A DNA stretch of 63,336 nt, counting the filler, from Choristocarpus tenellus KU-1152 (Eukaryota > Protista > Phaeophyceae), in assembly GCA_964200185.2 (NCBI GenBank). It is 9 parts of 9 records of this genome, joined end to end, with 100 filler letters (N's around TTAATTAATTAA, not from the genome) between each part and the next. Parts side by side here need not be neighbours in the genome. Positions count along the whole stretch, not along the records: positions 1 to 2,888 come from CAXNAD020023910.1; positions 2,989 to 6,749 come from CAXNAD020018088.1; positions 6,850 to 11,203 come from CAXNAD020014961.1; positions 11,304 to 14,877 come from CAXNAD020019170.1; 5 more parts are not named here. One strand, written 5' to 3'. Shown here piece after piece: positions 1 to 11,625 of this stretch. The position numbers were made by a program, and so were the translations under genes. The notes under the pieces were generated by a model, which was given only the letters and a program-made list of their open reading frames with translations, made no database searches and was not told where the DNA came from. The stretch's first letter is position 1. Each line of letters begins with the position of its first letter.

Positions 1-73
1 AAAAAGTGGCACCCTCTAAGTTTTTGAAATACAAAATCTTAAATTGTTGGACATACGCATTCTTAAAAACTCT

Positions 74-450
74 AGAGACGACAAAAAGGGGTTATTTGAG
101 TTTCGAAATGCCATTCCACACTTCGAAACAACTCAAGGACACCCAAAACACGTGCATGAGGATTTTTAGAAATAGTAAATCCAGTAATAACCGTTCTTAC
201 CATTTTCGAAAATACCAAGCACGCACTTTATGGGTCTCAAACGTTTCCAATTTCCATAAACTAAAAGGTCACTTCCAACTGGTACCCACAATTTATTTAA
301 ATACTAAAACCGCTTTTCAGCGACCTTAGTATTTTTGAAAATACAAGAGACGACAAAAAGGGGTTCTTTTAGTATTGAACAGTCGTTTGGTTCTTCAAAA
401 CTCAAGGACACCCAAAACACCTGCGTTAGGGTTTTTACGAAATAATAATG
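74..450. repeat. Imperfect ~105-bp direct repeat pair (about 74-180 and 347-450) upstream of the ParB-like gene
   Basis: The blocks GAGACGACAAAAAGGGGTT and ACTCAAGGACACCCAAAACAC each occur twice at the same spacing. Confidence 0.75.
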
Positions 451-764
451 ATATTCTAATCTTTACATCAACAAATATAATTACAAACCACATCCTTCAT
501 TGATGCAATATGTTTCAAACGTACGAAACGAAAAGGTCACAAAAAAACATTTACTCTCTGTCTCTTTTCGGTATGAAATCGTATGCTGTTCGATATTCGT
601 ATTTATTATAACACAATTCTCAAGGGAAAGACAAATCTGAGCTTGAAGACAGACCGACAGCAGCACCTCCCATCCCTCAGTCCTCCTTTCAATTCATTCC
701 CTTCTGTACATACGACGCGGACCTGTTATTTATCGATCCCTGTCACACCCTCTCAATTTTCGCC

Positions 765-2888
765 ATGTCCAGCATTCCCTCAACAACAACCCACCCGACC
801 GTCGATGGCCCTGCCCACGGATGGAGAACGTGGGACAGCTATCTGAAGGGCATGTCATCACTCCTACAAGATCACTATCTGGGTACGTACCGGATGAAAC
901 TCAGCAACATCAGATGCACGGAGATGGTGCGTCCACTAAGCGAGAGTGGCCTTGCGCGCGTAAGCAAGTCCATCCACGAGAAAGGCTGGCTAGAGCAGTT
1001 TGCTCCGTCTATCGTAATCCAGCGAGACTGTTTAGGTAATGGGGACCAACTCACCGCCGAAACTGTGCTTACCATTCAAGGACGTACACTGGACGGAAAC
1101 CATAGAATAACGGTGCTAAAGAGAGAGTTTGATCCCGAACGCGCTTTCATGATGCGGGTCTACATGGAGTTCAACCAAGCAGAAGAGAGGCTAATTGCAA
1201 ACGGTGGGTGATGGAGTGTTTTCGTTGTTCCATGATCGCCTGATGACTGTTCTGATGTACAAAGTTGTTGCAGAGTTTCCTTACCTTGGTTCATCGTCAG
1301 TCAGTCCATTGAGGATCTTTTCGTTGTTGATCTTTTTATCCCTCGTGGTATTTCTGTCCGCAGCAGCATGTTGCTCTGTACTGCATGCCGCGTGTGACCC
1401 GCGACCGCTCCCCACCTAGCCCTTGTCCCATTTGCCCACTGGACCGCCACGCCTATAGCATTCAACGACGCGACTGAGAGTGTGGTTGAGCGCACACTGT
1501 ACGATAAGATATTTTTTCACCACGAGCTCCAAGAATCTATCAAGCGACAGACAAAGAAAAAAGAAGTGTCAATAGTAGGGATCCGTAACATGTATGAAAG
1601 GGTGACGGAGTTGTCAACGTTAGTGGGATGGTGGCGCTATAGTCCTCCTCCAGTTGGGTTACAGCTGTTGTGAAATCCCTCTGTGTCCTCCTATTCTACC
1701 TAAGTTGATATAGTTATCCCGCGTTTAGGAACTCTGTCAACCAACCTATGGATTTACGGGTAACCAGGTAGTAGTATGTATGTGTGGTTAACCACAGACG
1801 AACAATAAATATACCCTTCTTTGTTTTATCATTAGGCCAGGCCGCTGAATAACACCCCCTCCCACTCATACATAACCCGTTGGCGCGGTAATAATGATGC
1901 CTCATCCTCGCTGACTGGGTGCATAATATTCTTCTTTCTGCCCATTGTGAAGGTGGGCGTTACTCCCCCGCCGAAATCAACTGTACAAAACTGGCAGAAA
2001 GGCATAAAGTCCCTTAAACCAGAGTCCTTCGAGGTACTGAAGGAAGTGTGTGAGAGCTCGGCACCACAGGTAGACTGCTACGCAGTCACACTGACCTATC
2101 TCAGGCGCGACAGGTTTGCCGACTTCACTTCTCTCAAGCAGGGGCTATGCATCCATCTGCTTGCTAGGCAAGTCAAACCGCCATTGTGTTTTATTGTGTA
2201 GACAGCAGTAAGCGCAATGTATGCAGGTCGCAGCACATTGCACATTGACGTGAAATAAGTGTCTCCTACGTTGAAGAATATTGTCGGTCATTGTTGTGTC
2301 GAACGAAGCACCCTTCGTAGTATCGTGTAGATTCTACCAACAGTGTGTGTTTCCTGTTTATATGCGCTGTTGTCTGTCATGAAGTACAACAATCGATCCA
2401 TGAATATTTAATGCATGGACCTTTCGTCATCATTACCTGCGCATCGTTCTCGTTGACGTCGTTCATTGCCATTCTCTTTTTGCAGATACAAGTCGTTCAA
2501 CGGGAAGGTTCCTACGGTGAGGGACTACAAGGAGATCAAATCGGACGTGCACATGTCTGAGATGGTTGTCTCGCGCACGAAGCAGATTGTGCCCAAGGAG
2601 AAGTGGACACCAGAGCTTCAAAGGTTGGTAAATGGTGGAAGTTACAGCGGTTATCTTCCTTTTTTCCTTTTCCGCATCTCCTGTGCACCCATACGTGGCC
2701 ATGCGCCCCTCAATTGTAAAATATACTGTCAGCATATTTTTCGGCACCGCACTTATTGACTGTTGCAAAACTTTTTTTTGACGTTACGTGAATGATGCAC
2801 GGGCTGCCAGGGAAATGAACAAGCTCGCATATGAGAAGGGCAATATGCACGACATCTGGGTCAAGCCCCACCACGAGGAGAGGAAGAG
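765..2888 (+). CDS. Spliced ParB/Sulfiredoxin-fold protein with HTH-like segment, 3' truncated by contig end; exons 765-1203, 1459-1601, 1953-2167, 2486-2623, 2811->2888 (about 337 aa visible)
   Basis: Exon phases join without stops (donors GT, GT, GC, GT; AG acceptors). Translation contains VRPLSESGLARVSKSIHEKGWL..APSIVI...LDGNHRITVLK...AEERLIANAFND, matching the ParB/Srx N-domain pattern (R..l..l..SI...G...PI.V...DGxHR...N), then PKSTVQNWQKGIKSLKPESFEVL, which resembles the ParB HTH region. Confidence 0.75.
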
Positions 2889-2988
2889 NNNNNNNNNNNN
2901 NNNNNNNNNNNNNNNNNNNNNNNNNNNNNNNNTTAATTAATTAANNNNNNNNNNNNNNNNNNNNNNNNNNNNNNNNNNNNNNNNNNNN
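2889..2988. other. Artificial contig spacer (44N-TTAATTAATTAA-44N); identical spacers at 6750-6849, 11204-11303, 14878-14977, 22611-22710, 25384-25483, 28144-28243, 41009-41108
   Basis: Eight identical 100-bp N blocks, each with a linker giving stops in all six frames. Confidence 0.99.
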
Positions 2989-3653
2989 GGTGCCCCGGGG
3001 GGTGGGGAGGACGCGGATGCGGGTTAAACCTAAGTTTCTTGAGATAACAATAGGTATATATTCTTCAAAAAGTGCTGCGCAGTGGTGCTAAGACAGTTCA
3101 ATTACTCTCTCAAGGTCCAGTCTGACAACCAAGTAGGTAATTGAACCAAAATGATGTAATTAATGAAGCAACAAGGAAGGAACCTTAAAAAAAAAAGATT
3201 AATCAACCTCAGATCTTGGATTTCTATCCTCCTGATACATAGCACCTGGCCATTCACTACTAGCTAGCAGTTACAGAGCCATGGCGGGAACGCCTCTCCA
3301 CTTCATCTCTCACTTGCTGTAGCTCTACTGGTCACCTGACCCGCTCCAAGGCCTACCTATCTCATACCCTAGTCACTTCTGTTACTGGGAGACAATTCTA
3401 GTAGGCAGCACAAAAAGTCACACTATCTAAAATAGACATTTTATCACATCATCACACCCCATACCAATAAGACAAGACACATTGCATTACAAGACACAAA
3501 ATCAGCGATAAAGGAAAGGATACCATCAACAACTCAACAAAATGATCAAGAGGTCTCCAGCAAGCAATATGCCCCCCCGCCTCACTCAGGAAGTCAGCCA
3601 ATGCCCATGCCAAGGAGGGAGGCAAGCGGGGGAGTCCGACTATCTATCTTCAC

Positions 3654-4762
3654 CTTACGGGCGTTGATTTCCTTGTGTGAACGGATCTTGAGGTAGAACA
3701 CCGCAGGAAGCAAGTAGCAGATTATAAATCCCACCTGAGCAAGTTTGGCAGTTTGGGACTGACTATGTTAGACGTTTCAAAGCAGACTTGGCAACAATTA
3801 CGTTCATTTGGGAGATTCTACATATATTCTACATGTATTCTACATATATAGACTAGATCAGATAAGGCAGTGATTGAAAAAGACGAGGAAGGAGAGGTTG
3901 CTTGATTTTACATTCTCCGGATGGTTGTATTTCCTACAGGGGGACAGAGGTAACAGGGCCCTGAGGATGACCAAAAGGGACTAAGAAAGTTGTGGATTTT
4001 GGACAGTATCAACTTGTCAACTTGGCCAATGTTGACGTTTGCAGTTGCGTAGCAACCTTGCTTAGATTTGACTGTACAGGAAAGTAGTCAAGTAGGATTT
4101 TTGACATATCAAACCCTAACCCTATCCGGCACATTGCATGGTACACTTAACATACCTCTTAAGACTGGGTTTGGGGGATTCCAGAGTCTCAAAGTATCCC
4201 AAGTTTTTTTATCGACCAAATAAAAAAAGGACTGAGGCAGACAAGCTTCAGAAAAAAATAATAATAACTTAACTAATACACTTAAACTAACTAATACGAG
4301 AGAGGTAAGTATCTCGTGGGGGGTGGGGGGCGGGGAGGTCAGGGGGGAATCTACACCAGGGTGTCCATTCGGGCCCTGGCCAGGAGAAGTGAACATACAT
4401 CATCCATCCGACGCATGCAACCAAAGTCACCCAAAAATCACGACATGGAAAAATGACCCCGGATGGACAGCTGGCACCCTCCCTCAGATACTTTGAGTCC
4501 ATATTTCACTGCAATTACCTTCCCCATCCCTGGCATCCGACCAGACTCCTTCACTAATGTGAGCATACATCCCATACCAATACACACACACATACACTTC
4601 ACACACAAACCCAGATCAACGACTTCATTTAATTTAATTTAATTTAATTTCACTCACCGAAGAGCCACAAACACTCCAAACAATGCCCACGCCTGGTACT
4701 GATGTGGCACAGAACAGGCAAAATGCCAAGAGCCCCAGAGTAGTGACCACGTGCCTCACCAA
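3654..4762 (-). CDS. Amino-acid transporter (Aa_trans / SLC38-AVT-like), internal fragment; exons 4762-4658 and 3734-3654
   Basis: Spliced translation LVRHVVTTLGLLAFCLFCATSVPGVGIVWSVCGSS|VGFIICYLLPAVFYLKIRSHKEINARK matches the late TM helices of Aa_trans proteins; canonical AG/GT sites, phase 0. Confidence 0.85.
4307..4500. mobile_element. MITE family B copy (termini ...AAAGTATCTGG / CCAGATACTTTGAG...)
   Basis: Aligns by eye along its length with 25718-25899 (TCCATCCGACG.A.GCAACCAAA...ATGGACAGCTG.CAC.CTCCC.CAGATACTTTGAG.CC). Confidence 0.7.
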
Positions 4763-4785
4763 CTGGCCAGCGGTGTCAAGTGGGA

Positions 4786-4819
4786 TTAGGGTTAGGGTTA
4801 GGGTTAGGGTTAGGGTTAG
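4786..4819. repeat. Interstitial telomere-like (TTAGGG/CCCTAA)n tract; others at 5684-5709, 6482-6599, 22864-22898, 22968-22986, 23389-23406, 46328-46354, 46581-46604, 47993-48030, 49881-49906, 50351-50378, 50788-50808, 51081-51091, 51313-51333
   Basis: Directly visible 2-6 unit tracts, mostly intronic. Confidence 0.95.
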
Positions 4820-5883
4820 TATGCGGATCAAAACAAAGTTAGTAGCGTAAACGCGGGCAAGGGAGGTAGAGGGTGCCAATAGGGTGGAGAGCAAGAACAA
4901 GAGGATAGCGTCAAGCTCTTCCTGTTGTTAACAAAGGAGTATGTTGAGTATCCGGTGCATAATGTTGAGGTTTCCTCTACTCTCAGAGACATACTTTGTT
5001 CATCTGTGCTTAATCAGTCCCTCCCCCAAAAAAAGACACACTCCTGTGTAGTAGTACTATGTAGGAATCAAACATCTGGCCATGCTCAGGGGGGACCCAC
5101 TGCTAGGTTCGAAACTTGAAATATCTTTTGGGCAGAACAATTACAAAAATCAGTACAGTTATTATTATGAATTACCCGCTGTACTTCACATGTGTACTGT
5201 TTTCAATTTACTGTATTGTATTGTATTGTATTGTATTGTATTTATGTATTGTATGCATTGTATTGTATGTATCGAACATCGAAGGTTCACTACACTGGGG
5301 TATACTTCAATGGTACACTTGGAGCAGATCAAGAGGTGTTATTTGAAGCAACAAATATATTGCAAGTCAACAAACCAAAGAATCCATTGTTATTAATTAG
5401 CACTGTTATCATTTATTGCTTTACCTTTAGGCAGCTGTCGACCCTATTGTTCGGAGTCCCGGGAGTCCCAGGTGTACCTAATGCAGCGTAGTCATGAGGG
5501 TGGCAACACCCCTGCAGGGACCAGGGAAGAACCAGGACCGCACCAGAAAAAGGGTTATGTGGGGGGGTGGGGGGTGGGGGGTGGGGGAGGGGTGGCACCA
5601 GACCAGGTGTAGAGGATCAGAAAGTGTTGTGATATTGGACAAAAAAAAATGAATAAAGCACGGACAGACAAAGAGTGATGTGTCTAACCCTAACCCTAAC
5701 CCTAACCCTGAGAAGAGTGTTTCCTTTTGTTTCTAATTGTTCTGAAAAGGATGATGCTTGAGACATACATATCTTGAAGTCATTCTACATCAACCACGAA
5801 TTAATTTCTCAACATGTAAAAAAAAAAAGTGAAACTATAAAATGGTCACGGTGTGGGTTTCATCACCTTGTCATGGGCTTTAC

Positions 5884-6198
5884 CTGAACTCTGATGCTGG
5901 TCCTTGTCCTAAGAAACTTACCACGGTTACGAACCTCATATGCTTTTTTTTGCATGCAAATCTAGCCTTGAAAATCAGTGTATTGCCCATATACATTTTT
6001 TTAAGACATGCTTGTTCTATATTTTCTACATGTCCCAAGTCTGCAACAATCAATTCTGTTTGAAAATCAGTGTATTGTCCATTATTATTTCTTGAAGACA
6101 TATTTGTTCTTTTTTTTTTCTACATGTTCTAAGTCTGCAGCAATCAATTCTGTTTCTATTACTTCAGCATCTTCTCTAGGATCAACTCCATACTCCAC
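5884..6198 (-). pseudogene. Decayed exon of a YchF/OLA1 Obg-family ATPase with an internal ~92-bp tandem duplication
   Basis: VEYGVDPREDAEVIETELIAADLEHVEKK resembles YchF (VEG.VDP.RD.EII.TEL.LADLE.VEKR). A second copy TELIVADLGHVE follows. There are in-frame stops, the acceptor reads CG instead of AG, and a GT donor lies at 5883. Confidence 0.55.
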
Positions 6199-9100
6199 CG
6201 ACAACATTAGTAACAGAGATGGCGTATAGACTTGATCTCTAGCGGAAAACTATCGGAAAACTATCCCAGGAAACAGAAACGGCTTTCTAATACCTGCACA
6301 AAAAGACACGTGAGCAGAAGGGTGATTTGCACAGTACATACCCATGAGCAATAGTCCCTCCTCATTACAAAACATCTTACCCCATACGAGGAGAGGCAAT
6401 TTGAGGGTTAGGGTTACGTTTTCTGCAGTACCCATTTGCCATCATACCAAGTGTTCTCGCATTAGTGTGTGGACCCTTCATCCCTAACCCTAACCCCAAC
6501 CCTTCTAGCGGTGATTGATGCAGCTTTGCCTGTTCAACCCTAACCCTAACCCTAACCCTCACCCCAATCCCGATGTTGTGCACTCGAGGGTTAGGGTTAA
6601 GTTTCACCAAGAGGATTGAAAACGAAAATCTAGCTGAACAGGGAAGACAGTCAACCACCAACAAAAAAATTAAAAATTAAAAATTAAAACAAACACCCCC
6701 CCCCCGCCACAGTACCTGTCAAAAATATCACACATAGATATCACACACANNNNNNNNNNNNNNNNNNNNNNNNNNNNNNNNNNNNNNNNNNNNTTAATTA
6801 ATTAANNNNNNNNNNNNNNNNNNNNNNNNNNNNNNNNNNNNNNNNNNNNGCGGTGGTGAAGAGACCGTATCACCAGGCACATTATATTAGCACATGTATG
6901 CTAAAGGTGGTTGTTCATCACATCATGTCACGCTTTCATGAAATGGATTTATTGATCATCATGAAATGACTAATTCCATCCTAAAACAAAAAAAAAGAGA
7001 GAAGAGAAGATTCAACTCTACCACCAGGTAAGAGATGGAGACTTCAGGTGAGCCATACATGTTATTTATTCTTTATTCTTCACGTGGCATGACCCCCCAA
7101 CATGATGTAATGACCGTACAGTTACCTCGTATCGTTTTAGGAGAGTTGAGCCACCAACGTGTAAGTTCATCCGAGTTGTTCACTTGGAAAATTATTGTCG
7201 TGAGCAATATTTCCAATCGAAGTCAGAATTGAGGAAGGAGAATGGGTGCACACATTTGATCTAGTCATTTGCTGTGTTGATTTGATTGCGTAACACGCGA
7301 TGTTGTTTTCATGCATCAGAGTGGTGATCAATCAAATCATCGTACCACACTTACAGCAATGTCAAATCACAAACACTAGTCAAATCGTTTTGTTGACATC
7401 GTGTATAGTGTTTGCTCCTCGTCTCCCCATTCTGAGTATATCCTCTGTTTTATACAAGATACTAGAGACCCATATGCTGGCCACATATACCTCTTCCCTC
7501 GTCTTTAGGCTGATTGATATGCTGATCCCATACTCTCAGATCTCGTTCGTAAGCTTGATTGGTGTGCTGACTACACACCATCAACCTTTAGGCTATGTTA
7601 TCCTGATCGGATGTACATCGTTAGCCTCGTTAATATTGTATACTTCATCTCGTGTTAATGGAATTGTGTAATACAATGGTGCAATAGTATACTAACAATC
7701 ACACATGTTTCCCATTTCGCCCTCAGAGCTCACCTTTTAGTTGGCCTTGAATCATGTTTACATGACTTCAAGGCTGATCAGGGGGGGGGGTAATGTGGAA
7801 AGCATGTTTGCCTGTAATTATACCGTTATTGCCGTATGCCATATACTGTTATACCGTGGTACTGATTGAGGTTCCCAGTCAAGCGTACATGATTTCACTG
7901 ACAGACTTTCGGTCAGAATGTCACACATGGAAGATCCACTTTATTCCCACGTCTTGACTGATGATGAAGCCCCACCTTTGATGTTGCTCATCACTCCTAA
8001 GTTTGCATTTGTCCAATCTTAACCTCGTACCCTCGGTCACGGTTCGTCCTTGTTCGTGTGGTCTGTCATGCCCGGTGATTCTCTTCACCACCCTTGCTTG
8101 CCTGAGTGAACCATGCCGCCACAGAATCACAGGTACCCAAAGTTGCATTTTAAGGATACTGACATAATGTACATTGGGCTTTTATGCTAATCCTTTCTTG
8201 ATATTTTCTTAATTCTGGTAAAACTTCTCATCAAACAATCGAGAAATCGACATTCTCAATTCAAACTTAGTGTCAGGGACAGGTTCCTTTTTTGGGATCT
8301 CCGACACACACCTTATGTATAAGACGCGCGGTCAGATACAATTGCGCGCGCCAAACACGTCATTTGAGCTCATCCATATCGACCAGTCCAAAGAAACAGT
8401 CACTTTCATGAGATCCGGATTTGACCAAACAGCTAAAATGGATCCTCAGAACGAAGAACCATTCCGATCTGACGAATCCATTTCTTTGCTGTGACGTTGC
8501 TCAGTCATTCTGGAACATCTGTCATGTTCTGAAAAAGTTGTTCTGTACTGGATTTACTGATCTGTTATGAGATTAGAGCCAAGACCTTGAAACTCGGTCT
8601 CACCATCTGAGGTGAAAGAGTTTCTTTCCGGTGATTGTGATTGCCCCCTTAGAGCAGAGAACTTGGCACCTTTAACACTTCCACATTAGCATCCATAGAA
8701 ATATGTGTGAATTATAAAAAATTGAAAAACTGATTCAAAAAGAAAAATGGGCTTTGATTCAGTGTGATTTGGACTGATATACTTCCATGACTCTAAGTTA
8801 GACATAATACAAGAATAGGTTTAGTACGGTGATGAAGAGAAGAGCTTGCATACCAGTCGAATGACTCAACAAGAATAGAAAAGGCACAACTCACTCTTAT
8901 AAAGTTCCAGAAAGGCAATCAATCATAGCAATCATCAAGAGGTTCCTGCTTCCCCAAACCTGACCAAGTACATGAAAAATAATGACACTAATAACGTCAC
9001 TCTATCCACACAACCCCCATTCTTGTCGGATAGATTGTTCCAAGAAGTTTATGCGTAATGTATCAGAAAACGTTTTTTTACACATGCAAGTATTAAGGTA

Positions 9101-9943
9101 TCAATGATTAACAAATCTGAAGACAGAGGAGACGATTCGCATTTTCCGTTTGGGATCACAACGATCTGGAAGTTTACTTTTTTTTGCAACTCTTGACAAC
9201 CTAAATGGATGAAAAATTAAGACTGTTCCTTGGACGGGTAAACTTTATAGCATGTAAAATGTATGCACACGTTGTTCTCTCCCCAACTTTGATACAATAT
9301 AAATCCAAACTGTATATACTGTCAATGGTAACATTCTGCGAAAACCGCCTCCGCAAGGTGAAACCTACATGTCCGTCGTTTTGATGAGACCCCTTTCAAT
9401 TAGAGTGAGGTGATTTTTGACACTTCGAAACCTTTCGGGTTTCCACTTCTGAAATGTTTTCAACACACCCTTCTCACAACTCAGATCATCTTTCCAACAA
9501 TGCCTTTTTACCCACTTCAAAATCTTTTGAAGTGGGTAAATCGAATCGTTTTCTTGTCGTGCTTTAAGCAATTACATTCACTATTTTATTTGCCCCTTTC
9601 CCTCTTTCCCAATGTCCGCACCTCGTGGCTTGACTTCCAAGCCCATGCCACACCAGTAGAAAAGGAGCACAGGACCGTTCACATTGCGGTTACCAACATC
9701 ACTGGTGCACACATCATACGACTTGTCAGGTCAACTCGCGAACACCTACAATGCCAACCTCCTTGATATTGAGAGGGTGAGCAGCATCCTCGCCAAACTA
9801 GGAGATCATCCAGATAATGCCGCCAGAACGCTCTCCAACATACTTGGCGACCAGCAATTCTCCTTCTGTTCCAAGTGGAAGGACACGGATGACTTCCAAG
9901 AACCCATGATGGAAGATGGGGTCCATGACAATTGCCCTGTGGA

Positions 9944-11065
9944 TCACACGTTCAGCGAGTACATAGGGTCAGGGTGAAAGTATCTTAGATGGTACGAGTT
10001 TTGCCCAGTTTGTCCATTTCGGGCTTGGCTTCCCCCAGGGGGTGGTCTTTGGCTGGTTAGGGTATTGTAGGTGCAATAGAAGAGTGTGGGGATGGGTAAG
10101 TGTGTTCTGCAGTGGGGGCATGTGAATGGATGGTTGGCATCTTCGCAGAGGCTGACCATGCAGTTGAGGTGGAGCGAGCACCCACAGGGGAGGGTGCCTT
10201 GGTGGTCTGGGGGGAGAGACTCTAGACAGCCGAGGCAGGGAGGGAAAGAAGGGGGAGGGGTTGGGGTGTGAGGGCGTTGGATGGAGAGTAGGCGGAATGG
10301 TGGGATGGCAAAAGGGGTGGAGGACGATTGTGAGCGGATGGATTCCAGCACTGCTTCGGTTCTCACACTCCCCTCCATGGCGGCGTAGTAGTGTTCGGGG
10401 CTGACAGGGGTACGATAGGTGGGGCATGGGATGGGATGTAGGGGTCTGGCGCGGAGGTATAGAGCCAAGGCACAGCCCAGGTCCAGTGAGTGTGTGCAGG
10501 GGAAAGGGAGTGCTGGCTGTTGTATCTCGGAGAAACATATTGCACAGTGTTCCGGTGTAAGCTGACGTGGTTGTTGGGATGGGCAAGGGTTGGGGTCCCT
10601 GGTGGGGGAGGCTGGCCTTCGAAGCCCCGTAATATTTCTGATCGCCTCCTCTCCTGCCTCCTCCTCCTCGTGGCCGTGTAGGGGTGAGTCTCTCTCCCTG
10701 CTACCATCGCCGTGTGCCTCAGCCATCTCTCCAACTCCATCCCCTTGGGTGCTCGTTCGATTTTCCGTCCAGGCTACGCCATCCTGTAGAGCCGAAACCT
10801 GTCTACCTATTCCCAAAGAGGAGTGATGTACTCTGCTTATGTTCCCCCCTTGCCCGTGCCTATCTCGTGAGCCTCCATTCCCATCCTCGATCGCCTCGAC
10901 CTCGTCCCCATGTGGGCCCATTCCGTTCTCTGTCCATCCTTCTCCATTCTGCGAAATCGAGACCTGGGTATCTATTCCTGGAGCTGGGTTAATCCTTCCA
11001 CTAATATTCGGTCCTTGCCCTTGCCTGTCTCGTGTACCATCGTCACCTTCCTCCATCACCTCCAC
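9944..11065 (-). CDS. Intronless ORF with ~55-aa N-terminal repeats and two RING-like zinc fingers (first degenerate); C-terminus runs into a MITE fragment, possibly a pseudogene
   Basis: CAIC..PCTHSLDLGC..CPTYR and CLGC..PCGCSLHLNC..CPHCR; repeated RDRxGQGxNIS...QVS...WTEN units. Confidence 0.6.
   Translation of the reverse strand: MEVMEEGDDGTRDRQGQGPNISGRINPAPGIDTQVSISQNGEGWTENGMGPHGDEVEAIEDGNGGSRDRHGQGGNISRVHHSSLGIGRQVSALQDGVAWTENRTSTQGDGVGEMAEAHGDGSRERDSPLHGHEEEEAGEEAIRNITGLRRPASPTRDPNPCPSQQPRQLTPEHCAICFSEIQQPALPFPCTHSLDLGCALALYLRARPLHPIPCPTYRTPVSPEHYYAAMEGSVRTEAVLESIRSQSSSTPFAIPPFRLLSIQRPHTPTPPPSFPPCLGCLESLPPDHQGTLPCGCSLHLNCMVSLCEDANHPFTCPHCRTHLPIPTLFYCTYNTLTSQRPPPGGSQARNGQTGQNSYHLRYFHPDPMYSLNV
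9972..10036. mobile_element. MITE family A terminal fragment
   Basis: GGGTGAAAGTATCTTAGATGGTACGAGTTTTGCCCAGTTTGTCCATTTCGGGCTTGGCTTCCC matches the starts of the copies at 22300, 22464 and 28944. Confidence 0.8.
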
Positions 11066-11323
11066 AACCCCATTTCCTCCTCCTTCAACCTTAGATCAAT
11101 TGTCCTTTTCGATCATGGTGTAACATCAGTATAGTGTAGGTTATATCGACAAGTATGATTTGTTCACGATTTTTTGGTGGAGTATCATTCATCTAACCTT
11201 CTCNNNNNNNNNNNNNNNNNNNNNNNNNNNNNNNNNNNNNNNNNNNNTTAATTAATTAANNNNNNNNNNNNNNNNNNNNNNNNNNNNNNNNNNNNNNNNN
11301 NNNGGGGGGGGGGGGGGAGGGGG

Positions 11324-11366
<43 letters not shown>

Positions 11367-11625
11367 CTGAACAGAGATGACAAAAGAAAGCATTAACTAT
11401 CAGGAATATATTTCATCAGGAACACATAGCATATGTTTTTAGATGAACACAGCCCATAAAGTCTGGAAACACACTTGTTTATACCAAAATGTCACACTCC
11501 TTCCAGATCTAGCTGGCAGTCAGATCATTCCCAGATCAGTTACAAAAAGCAGGGAGGTAAGGTTGAGCTACAATAGGCAATGGTGTGAAATGTGATTCAA
11601 AGGTCATGCAAATGGGTTGGCTTGC

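Noticed and set aside
2933-2944. Recurring TTAATTAATTAA palindrome between N runs
   Set aside because: Artificial concatenation linker. It also means the genes on different contigs cannot be treated as a cluster.
5082-5491. Cys/Tyr-rich ORFs (YCIVL repeats)
   Set aside because: They are translations of an (ATTGT)n microsatellite.
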